A DNA stretch of 61,308 nucleotides, filler included, from Ionaspis alba (GCA_964255285.1; 9 parts of 9 records of this genome joined end to end with filler, not necessarily neighbours in it), one strand, 5' to 3'; counted from the first letter of the whole stretch, positions 1 to 12,994 are shown. Numbers and translations are program-made. Notes: generated from the sequence alone by a model not told the origin.

Positions 1-81
1 GAGGGGGATGAAAGGGAGGGCGGTTGTGAGAGTGGTGGAGAGGGTGAGGAAGATGAGAACTAATGTGGTTGGTTGCATCAT
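1..81 (-). CDS. 5' fragment of a probable secreted protein (signal peptide only), truncated at scaffold end
   Basis: acaATG at 81 opens MMQPTTLVLIFLTLSTTLTTA-LPFIPL, open to position 1; hydrophobic core and a T-T-A|L-P cleavage-like site. Confidence 0.5.
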   Translation of the reverse strand, partial: MMQPTTLVLIFLTLSTTLTTALPFIPL

Positions 82-788
82 TGTGGTGATCGAAGTAATG
101 GCGTGGTAGTAGGGAAGGTTGTAGGAGAGGTAAGTTGAAGGTTGATGGACTGTCTACCACGAGGTCCGAGTGAGAAGATGTAAGGAGAAGAGAGTGTTGA
201 CAATTGGAAACAGAGCGGGGATGAAGCCTGCTATATGCTTGTCGATGTCGTAAGGCAGGCACGGATAGACGCTTGAAAGAAACTGCGTCATGAAATGCAT
301 GGGGCACGACAGGAGCGTATCAGCCGACAGCAGACCTCTATTCACAGATTCCGAGGCAAGACTCAGATCGCTAGTAGGTAAAGCAAAAAGCGAAAACTCA
401 AAAATCAAAAACTTGTGCTTGTGACACGATACCTCCCCAATCGAGCATCAACACGAGGTTGCCGCATGTTGTGGAAGGAGTGATGATCGTGTCTGTCGAG
501 GTACGTATGCACGGCAGGAAACAGCATGCACCCCACACATCGTATCTATGCAGGTCTTTGCAGCAAGCAAGGAAGTAGAAAAATCGTACAACAAGCAACA
601 AAAGCTCTTTCATTGATTGCATTGCCCTTACATTCAGTTCGTTACAATCGTTAGATAGAATTAATCCCAAGCCAGTTCCAGCACAGCCGTTACATTTGGG
701 CACCAGCAAACATATGTATCCGAACCTCTGAAACCAACTTTTTCCACCTCCCTTCTCTGGAATATATCATTCAATTATATCATCGGAA

Positions 789-3700
789 TTATACTTGTAG
801 GTCCTCAGTCGATGACTCGATATGGTTGGGTGAACCACGATATCTCGTCTTCTTGATTTGCCCCATCGCCTTGTCCGGACTGTAGGATCCCGACGTGGCG
901 ATAGGCCGCGGACCAGTCGGTTTTCGCTGCGGAACATGACCGGAAGGAGAGCGTGGAGAGCCATTTGCCTGTCGAACATTAGAATAGATCCACAGGATTG
1001 AGAACCGAATTGTAATTACCTGTCCATAAGCAGTACTCGCGTACATCTGATCTCCCGCACCAGGAGCCAACCTCTCAGCAAAAGTAGCTTTCTTCTCCGA
1101 CGCAATCTTCGGCGGCCGCTGAGGCACCAAAGGACCATCATCTCTGATCTTCGGCGGTCGAGGTGGAGCACTGCTTTGTTTTGCCGTCGAAAGCTCCGAA
1201 TAGTCAGCATCTGATATCGGAGACAAATGCCCAGCTCCACCGCTTCGATTGCCTGACCCGGGTACGAATCGAGAGAGTATCGGATTGGAGCCAAATTGAT
1301 CAGAAGATGGCGAGATAGGCGAGCCTAAAGTCTGTGCTTGAGACTCGAGATGATGCTGATAGCGAGCGGTAGGTCCTGGCCGAGGTTGAGGATGCTGAAG
1401 GTTCAACGAGTCGCGATGAGCATGATATGCTGGCTTCTCTGAGACCTGAGATGGTATTAAGGGAGATGGTGGACGCTCGTGCTCTAATGAGTCGTTTGAT
1501 CGAAGTCGGTCATCCCCTTGCGGGTCATAGTGGTCATTGGTGTTGAAGTTCAAATCAGAACCTGATCGAGAAACTTCGGAAAGAGGACGCTCTCTTCGAC
1601 CACTCCCTCTGACATTGTCGGCGACCGAGGAAGCAGTCGTCTTAGACCATCGAGATATCTTTGGGAAGAAGGACGAGCTGCTGGACTTGTGCTTACGACT
1701 CTTGTCAGTACTCGTCTTGGGAGTGTGCTCGTTGCTCTGAGTACCCGTTGGCATATGTACTGCAGGTGGTGTCCCAAGCGGTACAGAGCCTCCTCGAGGC
1801 ACTTCTCGAGTCGGAGTCAGAAGGTGCTCTGTATTGTCATAGCCGTGGACGTTCTGCTCGTGAGATTCCGGCGGAAGCTCAAGCTCTTCGTCGCCTTCTA
1901 GCACCGTGCTGACACGGTTCTGAGAGCCTCGACGACCGTCAAAGCCTCGTACTCCGTTGCCTTGACGTGATGGAGGATTGGAGAAATAGCCTGATTGATT
2001 GCCAGTGGAAGATGTTCCAGCTTGCCCTTCTGGTTCATATCCATCGGGGGCCGCATCTCGCATGTTCTCGTAAGAGTTGTAGCTATTACCACGAGTCACT
2101 CCAGCGCTTGGTCTAGCCTCTTGACCTGCTTTGAGTCCTTCGACTTCGTCAAGCAGATGAACGAGCATGTCTTCGATTCTTGCGAGGTCGTTCGTACTTC
2201 GGCCACCAAGACCCTTCAGTGCGCGTCTGAAGACGTTGCGGCGTTTTGCAGGTAGATCATCCATCATATCATCATCAGCAGACGATTGTCGTGGAATGCG
2301 TGGAGTACCAAGTGGTTGAGGCCTGGGCCCGCCGATAATCTTCTGCGCAGTACGATCATGCTGCTTGTTACCAACGTCGATGAGCATATCATCCTGTTCG
2401 GTGATGAACTTCTTCATATCCTCGAAAGAATTACGCATCTCTGCCGCACTTCTGACTAGAGTCACGAGGATTTCCGTGTCTCTGGCATTTCTTTGAGCAT
2501 CACGAACGGTGAGCTATACACTGGTTAGCTCCTGTTCCTCTGTTACATAGTGTAAGGGTTCGTGGTGGCTTACATGATCCATTAATGCTACAACATCCTT
2601 CGACTGTATTCTATCAATTCCGCGACCAGTCGCATTATCATATAGCGGTGAAGCCATTCCATGCGAGTTCCCACTGAGATGTCTCATATGACTTTTCGCA
2701 ATGAATGGATCATCAGCAGGTCTGAAATCGTCCAGACTCGCCCCACCATCATCATCAAAGAATCCAGCATCTTTCGTTCTATGATCAGCAGACATATATC
2801 CCTCGTCTTTGGCCGTTGGAGGCGTAGGTATAGATTGCCCAGCCATATAAGGGTATGGTATGGGTGCAAAAGCATCATCCACGTCCTGTTGAAGCTTCTC
2901 TTCAGCTACTGGGGTCTGGATAGGTAGATCTCGTGACACATCTTGCTCGTTGACATCTTGAGTCTTGCGGCTGCGCTGTGCAAGGGCGGCTCCTGCACCT
3001 GCACCAGCAGCTGCACTGAGCATGTTGGCAGCAGCGGCTTTCAAGCTCTCATGAGCACTGGTATTATTAGAGTGGATGAATACGTCGCCCTTCGATGCAG
3101 GAAAAGTTGGCTGATAAGGCCAATGGGTGCGATCATCCTTGTCCACAGTAAGTGGTCCTTTGATGATAGATGGATTGGTACTAATGTCAGAATCCGTATC
3201 GCGATGATGACCAATTTCAGGTAGTGGATCATTGGCGACGGGCAGCCCGCTTGCTGTCATAGGTATATGTTCTTCGTGCTCGTCAGCAGATCTTGCGATG
3301 CTTTGTCGAGGAGAGTCTGCGGCAGAACGATTGTGGTAAGAAGTTTCATGGAAGGATTTCTCGGATGGAGACTGGAGGCTGCTTTCGTGGGGTTCGAAGT
3401 GTGCTTTCAGCGGACTGCCATGCGGGTTATTTTCGTATTCTCGGCGGTTGTTCTCGAGATATTCAGCCTCGTCGTGTCGGTCTTCGTTGGGAGAATCGAG
3501 GTAAGATCGTTCTCCGAACCTCGAATTTCCACCTTGTGATGATCGAACGTCGACGACGGATGGGTCATGTAAAGATGCGACAGCTGACTCGACAGCTAAT
3601 GGTGTATGAATGTATTGGGGGTTCGCTCCAATGCCACGGATCTGCTGTGCGGCGGTGACTTTGTCGAGATATGGCGCGTCCATGCTGTCGTCCGTATAGT

Positions 3701-6170
3701 TGGTCATACGCTTGACGTCGACTGTAGAATCTCTGTAGCTGCTAGAGGCGAGGGAATCACGATACCGATTGTTCTCCTCATGCTGCTTATCATACCACGA
3801 ATCGTCCATTGTATGCTCTTCAGTGCTTTCCTCGTGATGGCTAAGTTCAGGTGTATCAAGCCCGTGCTGGCCAATAATCTCCCTCTCGCTTTCAAGATTG
3901 ATCCCTTGCGGACGCTTGGAACGAGCGAAGTTGGTACTGGCAGCAGACGAGAGCGAGTTGATAGAGACACCAGAGCTTTTCTTCAAGTGCTTCTCAGATG
4001 ATGATAGTGACTCTGAGCTGTGCGCACGTTGATACGACTCACGATTGGGAGGCTCGCTCTCTTCGTGGTAGCTGGCAACGCTTTGGATCGGACTAAGCCC
4101 ACGTCCATGCATGTAAGTGTGCTCAGGATTTCCATCATGGCGTCCTAGAGCATGGCCAGCGGTAAGGGCGCCGGCACCTGCCACAGCGCCAGCCAGCACA
4201 GCCTTGTCCATTGAGCTGCTATGCTCGTTCTCGTGGTAGCTATCGTCATGGTGAACACCGCCAGTACGAATATCTTCATGGGAGTAATTATCATGATGAG
4301 TTTCGAGCCCCCGTTTCAAGCCCGATGGAGACCTTGTTGGTGTCCGCAGTCCAGCAGAATGAATTTCTCGAGGAGAGCCTCGAGCCACCTCTCTGATCTC
4401 GGCTCTACGGCGCTCTGAGGAAGGAGTGGATGTCCTTTCGGATAAGATCGACTCCCTTGTCAGATCCGAGTCTGCGATTTCGCTGCGCATTGGCATCGGA
4501 GGTACATCGTGCTTATAGAAAATATCTTCCGTGCTCTCGACCTGGCTGGTACTGCGACTGTGACTTCGGCTCTTGCTTCTCTTCTTTCTCCGCTCGCGCT
4601 GGTCGACGCTGGACTTAGAGTCGTGATGCTTGAGAGCCGCATGAGTAAGGATACCACCCATTAGTGCTCCTGCAGCAGCATCTCTCAAGCGATATCCATC
4701 TTTGCTACGCTTCTGATGTAGCTTTTCCCCATCACGGACGACGGTCTCTTCAGACATGCCTCGATCAAAGCTTCTCTCTGAAGGTGAATCGAAGTCCCGC
4801 TCTCGGCGGCGCTCTTTCTTGCCTTTCATGGAATTACTTGACAGGAGCGTCCCCGGGTTGTGCTCATCCCGATTCAGCACTACCCTCGGCTTAGATGTTG
4901 ACACGTTTGGAGCACTAGCATGCTTGGAGACCCTTCTCGTCAACTCCTCCCGTGATACACTGCTCGTGGAAGCTATCGAATCTCGTCGGTCTCTTTCAAA
5001 CTTGGACCGGTTTTGTTGTGTTTTCTGTTCGTGTTTTAACGCCGTAAGCTCGGGCAGAATTAGACGACGGATGGCATCTTCGACCGTTTGTAGAAGCTTT
5101 GGATTATTGATGGATGATTTGGAAGTACCCGAATTGATGGAGTATTGATCTCCAGATTTGCGCCTGTCTGATACCTGTGACGTGGTGAGAAGACTAGACT
5201 CCGCTCCGCTTGGAAGCTCTTCCGTATGATGATGGCGACTTGATCTCCGCCTTGGAGACTTTGTAGCCTCTAGTATGTGCTCTTTCGAGACACTCCGGCT
5301 ACTACTTTTGCTGCCACTTTTGCGCTTGCTGCTGCTGATCGTGCCGGGTTCTTTGCCAAGCTTCTCGATAACCTTCTGCGTGATCCTTTCACGGCTCAAG
5401 CTTCTGCTACGGCGCCTTGAGGGTGTCTTGAGAGTATCCGTCATGACAACAGTTTCACCCCTTTCCAAGCTCCGGCTTCTGTTGCGTTGTCGTGTTGGAG
5501 CGGGAGCAACTCCTTCGAGCATGCTATCCGGCGGCATTGAGGATATGTCTGAAGTGGTTTGCTGCATGTAGCGACTCTCTCCAGGTATACTTGCGCCAGA
5601 TAGATCGCTTCCTTGGCCCTTGTGCATAACCTCAATTTCGACTGGAGGGCGACGAGCAGCTAGGCTTGAGTCGTCGCCAGCGGAGTTGAGGGAGCTGATA
5701 CTTCTATCGTCGGTGTCCAAGACCCGAGCTTCGCCAGTACCGTTAGGTCCTAAGGAGATCCGCCGTGTATATGACGGCTTTCTATGCCCTCCTGCTTCTG
5801 TGATTTGGATGTGGCCCTTCGCTTCTTTTGCCTTGCGGGCGGACGATGGTGTGACCTTGACGCGGACACTCGGTCTTGTGTGTACGTTGGGGCCTTTCCC
5901 AGCCTCGAAGTATTCAATCAGCAGCGAGGTTTGCGACTGATGACCAACTCGACTTAAACCTTTGTCACCGTCCTTCGATTTATGATCTCGCCTCTTGCTA
6001 GTCGTAATGGTGACCGGACTGCCGTCTTCGGGTATCGAGTATGATGTCCTATCAGTCCGTCTGGAAATGTCTGTAGCAAGGTCTGTGCCTGTCACGTCAT
6101 CTCCTGAAGTCTGAAGCGTCGACGACTCTGTTGGCGCAGGAAGAGGAGGTTTGCGGGTTTCAACACCCAT
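789..6170 (-). CDS. Large (~1750 aa) Ser/Arg/Asp-rich, mostly disordered conserved fungal protein of unknown function
   Basis: ORFs 2514..6377 and 789..2465 join through GT-AG intron 2514-2573 to give ...VALMDH|LTVRDAQRNARDTEILVTLVRSAAEMRNSF. Probable second intron at 969-1019. First ATG (MGVETRK) at 6170. Confidence 0.85.
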
Positions 6171-6802
6171 TGTGTGGAAACCTGGTGTTAACACTTCATG
6201 AATGCGATATGTGGGATGACCTGAGTAACCTGCGGGAGGCACGGGGAGTCCAATCGCAGGATTCGCTTTGCGGCGCAGCTGGATGTTTTTCGGGGCTGGT
6301 GCGGAGTAGAGGTGAAAGATCAGATTGTCGTCGGCATGGTAGGGCGACGAGACCGAAGAATTGTAGCCAGGTCTCAAAGTCGCGACTTCAAAGCTTGTGG
6401 GGTTTTGAGCAAAAAAGAGTGTTGGAGTCGAGGGTCAGTCAAAGATGAATGGATGGAGGCCGCGATTACGATTAGCTGGGTTCCGCCCAGAATACTGGGA
6501 GAATTGGAATTGTGTAACAACGAAGAAAAACTTTCGGCTTTCTCTTCACAACCTCGACGTTGACAAGGGGAAGATAAGTGAATTGACTGCGCACACCGAT
6601 GCAATCATACAGCTGGGGTAAGGCTGCGAGAAAGGTGTGGATCTCCACAAGGACAAGATGGCTTGGGATGGAGTTCGTTTCTGGAGAAACAAGGTGATGG
6701 CTATTGATTTATTATTAGCGTCATCAAGAGCCGGCTTGGACGACCTAGTATTCCTCGGCCTATGAGTGACAACAAACGGGAGAACCAATCTAACTGCCTT
6801 AG

Positions 6803-6902
6803 NNNNNNNNNNNNNNNNNNNNNNNNNNNNNNNNNNNNNNNNNNNNTTAATTAATTAANNNNNNNNNNNNNNNNNNNNNNNNNNNNNNNNNNNNNNNNNN
6901 NN
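6803..6902. other. Artificial scaffold-joining spacer N44-TTAATTAATTAA-N44
   Basis: Identical 100-nt spacer with stop codons in all six frames, present 8 times in the window. Confidence 0.98.
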
Positions 6903-7549
6903 ATCCCGGACCGGGGCTTTTCCTTTGTTAAGTTTCGCAACGCGGGAAGCGCCGGTGTTGTGATCGCTGGGGAGGTGCGGTGAGGGGAGCGCGGACCGGT
7001 TGACGGCTAGGCTGTCGGAGCTTTGCAGGTGAGGGTATTGTCGTGGGGGTAGATTGAGCAGGCTGTGGGAGGATAGCCAGAGGCCGCGGGTGCTCGCTTG
7101 GTCGGTGGCTGCGAGGAAAGAGGTGCGTTGAGCTGGATTGAAGAGGCGGGAGGAGGTGTTGAGGGGATTCCAGAGGCTTTGGGAGGGGGTTCGGCGTGGT
7201 GATTGGGGTTTGGAGATGCGGAAGACGGAGCGTCGATTTGTTCGGTGTTGTGGTGGTAGGGAGGTGGTGGGGATGTGCGCTGGTGGTAGTTGTGGTTGTG
7301 ATTGTGGTAGAGTTGGTAGGGCCTTTGAGCTTAAGGTGGGTGATGTTGTGGTTCGTAGCTGATTATTCGAGCTCGAGGAAGCCGTCTTCGTGTTTGTAGA
7401 GGATGATGCTGGAGTGCGAGATGCAGAGAATCGACGCACGCAGTTTTGATTGGTGGATCGCGACAAAGGAGACGGGCACGGTCCGAGTGATTCTTAGCGT
7501 TGCTGCAGGTTAATGGCCGGCTTTTACCAGGTCTTCTGGGCGACAACAT
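6903..7549 (-). CDS. 5' part of a Ser/Pro/Thr-rich hypothetical protein, truncated at scaffold start
   Basis: Open frame 7492-6903 running into the spacer. ATG at 7549 joins in phase through a candidate short intron 7493-7527 (MLSPRRP|ESLGPCPSPLSRSTNQN). Confidence 0.4.
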
Positions 7550-8565
7550 GGCGTTGGTGGTGATGGCTGCTGATTATCATTGAACAGCGCATTGTCCTAT
7601 CAATCTTCTGCGATGATTCATGTTGAAGTAGAAGAAGAAGAGCAGACGGATGACACGTCCAATATGATCCTTCTATTCTCTTCGCCGCACAAGCCTTAGC
7701 ACTCCTCGTAACGACCGTGACGGCAGCCTGACCCGAAACACGACAAAAGCTGAAAGCTCCAATCTGGCGATGGCCTTTAACAAATCCCTGCTGTGAGGAA
7801 ATGAGGGATAATCTGCAGAGCTCATCACGAAGCTTTCGTTGCTTTTTACCATCTACCTGACTCGGATCTCCCGTGTTTCCCTCTGATTTCCCGAATTTGG
7901 TTTTCCTGGTCTCCAATCACAAACAGCGATGGCCCCTGTTGTGCAATTTCTCTGCAGGCTTCCTAGGAATGGATTCCTGCTCTTCCGGTCTACTAGTCAA
8001 CTCCCAGCTCTGTGGTTGACGTTTCCAGCCTCGGAGAATTTCAGGCTCTATCGTACCGAGGGAATTGGTTTATTGGCACCTTAGATCTCGAGGCGGGTAN
8101 NNNNNNNNNNNNNNNNNNNNNNNNNNNNNNNNNNNNNNNNNNNNNNNNNNNNNNNNNNNNNNNNNNNNNNNNNNNNNNNNNNNNNNNNNNNNNNNNNNNG
8201 CTCTATCGTACCGAGGGAATTGGTTTATTGGCACCTTAGATCTCGAGGCGGGTATACATTCTACGCGAAGAGGAAGAGGAGATTTGAAGGCGTAGACTAA
8301 TAGTCCTCACGCAGCATCCGAGGATGGGGATTGTAATCATTAGGCTTCAATTTGTCCATATGAGCATCGTCAATCATTGATCTTAGGTTTGCTACATCGC
8401 TGAATGCGATCCGCCATCATTCCAGAACTTCCATTCCAGCCATTTTCAGGGTATCTGGAAGATCAATTCGGCCCACCAGTCCATGGCTCCCCAAACGCCA
8501 CTAACGTCCTGTTCATTATTGACACCAAGGCTGTAACGTTCACCTTTTGAAGTCGGTGTTTCACC

Positions 8566-10083
8566 TCATGAAGGCTTCTTATTACCCCTCCCTTGAGATC
8601 TCGATCCTCCATTGTTCCGAGAATGTCCAGCACTCGTTGTCCGACCTGCGGTGCGCATCTCAACACGCACCTTCTTCCCAATGTAGCCTTCGAGGATACC
8701 CAATACTTTCAGCGATGCTCTCGGTGGTAAACTCAAGAGCGTGTACACAGCCTGGGCTGGCATGACGACTGCTGCGCAGATCCAGTCGAGCAAAATCGAT
8801 GCATAGCTACGACGAGAAGCTGCATGGCCACGCTCTGCTGCAGCGGCTAAAGTGATGGCATCGTTCATGCGAGATTCGAGATCCTGAAGACGCGATTCGG
8901 TCTGCATAGCGAGAATAGTTGCTCGCTTCTCATAACGACGGACGGCGCGATTCAAAGCGTCAAGTTCTGGTTGGAGATCCTTCCGAACTTGGGTGGACAC
9001 TTGCCCGGCATTGTGCGCTATCCCGTTGCCATTGGATTGGCCGGCAACTGACTTCTCTGCAACATGTGTCTCCAACTCATCGAGGCGCTTGCTCAGATCG
9101 AGGACTTTGTCTTTGTCGACCTTTTCTTCTTCAAAAGGATTGTTATTGACGGTCCGTTGCAGATGTAGTGTTCGAGCTTGGACCATTTTGATGAGATGCG
9201 ACATCGGCCGCAATTCGGCGCCGAGTAGGAAGATCGTGAGGTTGTAGTCTGAGACGAGACCTTCTGAAGGACGAGAAAGCTGAGCGCGAATAGCGTGAAG
9301 CAGCCATGCTCCAACAGCTGGAGAAAGAAAGCAGGCGAAGAGAGCTAGGAGCTCGTGTACTCGAAGTTCCGATGTAGCATCACGGTGGACTTTGGATCTT
9401 TTTTCCCGTTGTTTCGGTGGAGATCCGCTCTTGGAGTCGGATGCTGGAGAGTTGTCCCTTTCGCCTTTATCATCCTCACTGCCTTCCTCGATGATGGTCT
9501 CCGGGAAATAGTCGTCTGGAGTATGAGGGTCTTGTACTTGTATTGATTGAGCAGAGCAGTACCAGTCCCTATGGCAAGTCAATATGAGAATATCGAAGTA
9601 CTGTCATATAGCTACTCACCATGGTAGTCTCACAGACCAATTCAGAAAGACCGCAGCCAATATGAGTAGAGTCAAATCCGTGACAATAGCACTTCCATTC
9701 TTGAAGAACAATCCACCGACAGCCGGAAACAACGCCAGAGCCAAAGGTGCTGAATGCCAATGCGAAGGCTCATGGTTCGTGTCAAGCCTACTACCCCTCA
9801 CACGTGGTAATAGCAAGTCGTCCGTTGATGATCTAATAGACTGCCTTGTATCATCCATTGAGTCGGTTAACATCGAGCTTCGTCTACGAGCAGCTGGACC
9901 CAATACTTCCCCAAAGGTAGAAGCTCTAGCCAGTGGACGGTGACGAAGAGGTGACAAGCTCGCTCTGCCGGAAGCTTTGGCATTCGTACTACCACTCCGT
10001 ACGGGAGCACCTCCCTCATCTGCCATTGGTGACGTGGGCGACGGCATGTCAGCACGCGGACCGGCGGGGAGCTGAAAAGGCAT
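8566..10083 (-). CDS. Conserved fungal membrane protein with C-terminal coiled coil, function unknown
   Basis: Two exons joined by intron 9569-9619 (GTGAGT...ATAG), giving SVRLPW|DWY. Hydrophobic segments WHSAPLALALFPAVGGLFF and LLALFACFLSPAVGAWLL; coiled-coil-like LDALNRAVRRYEKR...LQDLESR. Confidence 0.85.
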
Positions 10084-11506
10084 CGCATCAAGTCATTGAC
10101 AAGAGTATTTTAGGCACCTGAGGTTACGCGACAGCAGAGCTGTTGCAAAAGGGTAGCGACATAACCTTAGATGGTGGATGTCGAAAGCGACGTGGTGGTG
10201 AGAACATGATTACCTATTGGGCCTCATAGGGTCGTGTGCCTGCAGCTTGGTTTTTTCGCAACGGCAACAAATGATCGTCATCGAAGTACTCTGTGTCGCG
10301 GCATCCCTGGCAGAGCAGGAACTAACGCGCTAACGCTAAAGGGATCTTCCAGGCACGGCGAACACCAGAACACCTCAACGTCTATCTTGAGCCTCTCGTT
10401 GTTAGGCATGGCTCTTATCGCTTTCACATGTCTGCGAGTCGTATACTTGATCGGAGCTCTACTGGACAGAGCAAAGATGTTCCATTATTTGCCAGCGTGG
10501 GCATGCCTGGATACGAAAAGAAAGCAGGTTTCTTACGACTTCCTCATTACGAATTGCAATCTTGCCATGAGCTCTAATGAGTCTACTTATGCCTTTCCTG
10601 TGTTGCAACGATAATCTCGCCGTGAATCATCATGTGTCCGTGGTTGCATGAGTTGTGTTGAGCATGTATTTCTGTTCGCATACGCTTTCATTGCGCCATG
10701 CTGAAATTCTTATTGACACCCAAAAAGGGAATTTAAAAACCACCAATAAGCAAGACACATGGCATTTTCCGGTATCCAAAAGAATTTCCTTCTTAAACCT
10801 CTACTCCGTGTATCTTCATGTCAATAGCCGGTGGTTGAGTGTGATTCTCACACTATTGCCGGCTTATTGGCAGCCCTCAAACCCCTTGGTCTGGCTATTG
10901 GCATCCGCAGAACAACTATTGGACTATTGACAACGATGGGTGTGAAGCTGTTGATCAGGACTACCCTCTTGATCAAGATGAACTTCTTCTACTTCTTTGA
11001 AGACCACTACCTTCTTCCTTCCTCAACCCTCATCCATCAGCTGTCTTGACTTGTCTTACTCCCCCAACCACACCCTCCATTCTCAACCCCTACTCTACCT
11101 ACAGACTACACAGTCTACTCTCTTCGAATAGCAGCCATACCACAGACTCGAGCACCCCGTTTCTTTGTCTGGACACGTTCTGCTCGATCCCGAAACTCGT
11201 AAGGTAAGCAATCGGCCTGGCTTCCCTACTGTGGTTGACTATAGGGTCTTTGGCGACTCCCTTTCACTCCGCCGTCTTGTGAAGTCTCTTTAAGTATCGC
11301 TGAACCTCACTTGCTGTTCGAAATGAGTCTTTTTCGTATTTACAGCACCCCTCCTCATTACCAAAAGCTAGCCCTAGGGCAGAGGTCTTCTGAGTACTTA
11401 CCCCTGAAACGAACCTCACTTGCATCTCGTCCAAACTCTATATCCGCATCCCCATATTTCTCGTTTAAATCGCACCTTACGCTGCGTCCACTAATAGACG
11501 TTCATT

Positions 11507-12994
11507 ATGTATAGTAGCACCTTTGCAATGTCGAACAATACCTCTAGTGGAGAGGACTTCGTCCCTATGCTTGGACTATCAGCAGGCGCCATCGCTGTAC
11601 CCGTCCTCGCATTCTTGACCCTCGTCCTCGACATCCCATCCTGGGCCTGGCACATCAAGAACCGCAACCTTCCAGCTTATACCCTGATCTTCTGGGTCAT
11701 TCTTGGCAACATCTTCAACTTCATCAATGCCCTGATCTGGCCTACCGACGACATGGAGAACTGGTGGCATGGACAAGGTCTCTGCGACATCGAGAGCAAA
11801 TTCCAACTTGGCGCCCAACTCGGTCTCATTGGCTCCCTATGCTGCATCATGAGAGGCCTAGCCAGAGCTCTTGACACAAACAAGACCATTGTCACCCGCA
11901 CCAGAGCTCAACGCCAGCGCCACCTAGCCTTCGAACTTGTCGTCTGCATTGTACCACCCCTTTACATGATGCTGGCCCACTACATCGTGCAACCTACCCG
12001 CTACTTCATTTTCGCAATTGCCGGTTGTCGCTCTTCCCTCGATCTGAGCCTTCCTACGGTCTTCCTGATCGACCTCCCGCCTTGCATCTTCATTATGGTC
12101 GTCGCCTACTACTGCATCCTAGTGATCCACCGCATCCACAAATACCGCAAGAACTTTGCCGCAATCCTAAGTTCTACCAATTCAGGATTGACCAAGTCCC
12201 GTTTCCTACGTCTCTTCGTCTACGCTCTGATCCTCCTCGTTGCCTATCTCCCGGTGCAGTTCTACGTCTTGTGGACCCGCCTCCGCTATGGGCTCTACCC
12301 CTATGGTTGGGATCGTGTCCACGGACCAGATTGGGACTATGTTGCTCTTGTCCCCATGGCAGGTAACGTGGAATTTGACATCTGGATCCAGATCTCCCTC
12401 GGCTTCACGGTCTTCTTCTGCTTCGGCATCGGCCAGGACGCCATGGCGACTTACAGGACCTGGCTACTGAAATGCGGTTTCGGGCACATCTTCCCGAGTC
12501 TCCGTCGCGATCCTAAACCGCCTACGGGACCTCTTCCAAATTCGTCCACCGTGCGCAGTTCATTTGGCAGCAAGGCGCATTTCTTCTTCAAGCACAAGCT
12601 CTCGTTGGACTCCAAATTCACCAACTCCACGACTGCGGGTTCCCACTCGCGAAGCACACCCTCGCCAACTGAACCCAAGCACAATCTCCCCGGTATCGAA
12701 GAGCACGTCACCTCCGGCGGCGGGGGTCGTTCTCTAACCGGACCCACCACTAGCACTGTATCAACGCTCACCGAGAAGCATTCCGTCGCAAAGCCCCTCC
12801 CTCCAGCGCCATCATTCGCATCAACCAAGATCGACAACATCCTCCGACGTTTCCGAGCCAGTTTTGCAACCGGAACTACTGCCCAAGCTTTCTCCGCCAA
12901 TCGGACCCCGATGGTGCAGCCGTTCGTCTGGCGAGCTGCTGGACCTGCACAGCCGGTTGTGCACGAGAAGAGCTATGATGCGGATGTGGTTTGA
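11507..12994 (+). CDS. ste3: STE3-type (a-factor) pheromone receptor, 7-TM GPCR
   Basis: 495-aa ORF with STE3 hallmarks: WHIKNRN, NFINALIW, WWHGQGLCDIE, YIVQPTRYFI, GC, SRFLRL, FFCFGIGQDA...YR; seven hydrophobic segments and a Ser/Thr-rich tail. Confidence 0.95.
   Translation: MYSSTFAMSNNTSSGEDFVPMLGLSAGAIAVPVLAFLTLVLDIPSWAWHIKNRNLPAYTLIFWVILGNIFNFINALIWPTDDMENWWHGQGLCDIESKFQLGAQLGLIGSLCCIMRGLARALDTNKTIVTRTRAQRQRHLAFELVVCIVPPLYMMLAHYIVQPTRYFIFAIAGCRSSLDLSLPTVFLIDLPPCIFIMVVAYYCILVIHRIHKYRKNFAAILSSTNSGLTKSRFLRLFVYALILLVAYLPVQFYVLWTRLRYGLYPYGWDRVHGPDWDYVALVPMAGNVEFDIWIQISLGFTVFFCFGIGQDAMATYRTWLLKCGFGHIFPSLRRDPKPPTGPLPNSSTVRSSFGSKAHFFFKHKLSLDSKFTNSTTAGSHSRSTPSPTEPKHNLPGIEEHVTSGGGGRSLTGPTTSTVSTLTEKHSVAKPLPPAPSFASTKIDNILRRFRASFATGTTAQAFSANRTPMVQPFVWRAAGPAQPVVHEKSYDADVV

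Noticed and set aside
10100..11500. Short ORFs and possible mating-type transcription factor sites between the membrane protein gene and ste3
   Set aside because: The ORFs lack coding features and no motif matched a consensus well enough to report
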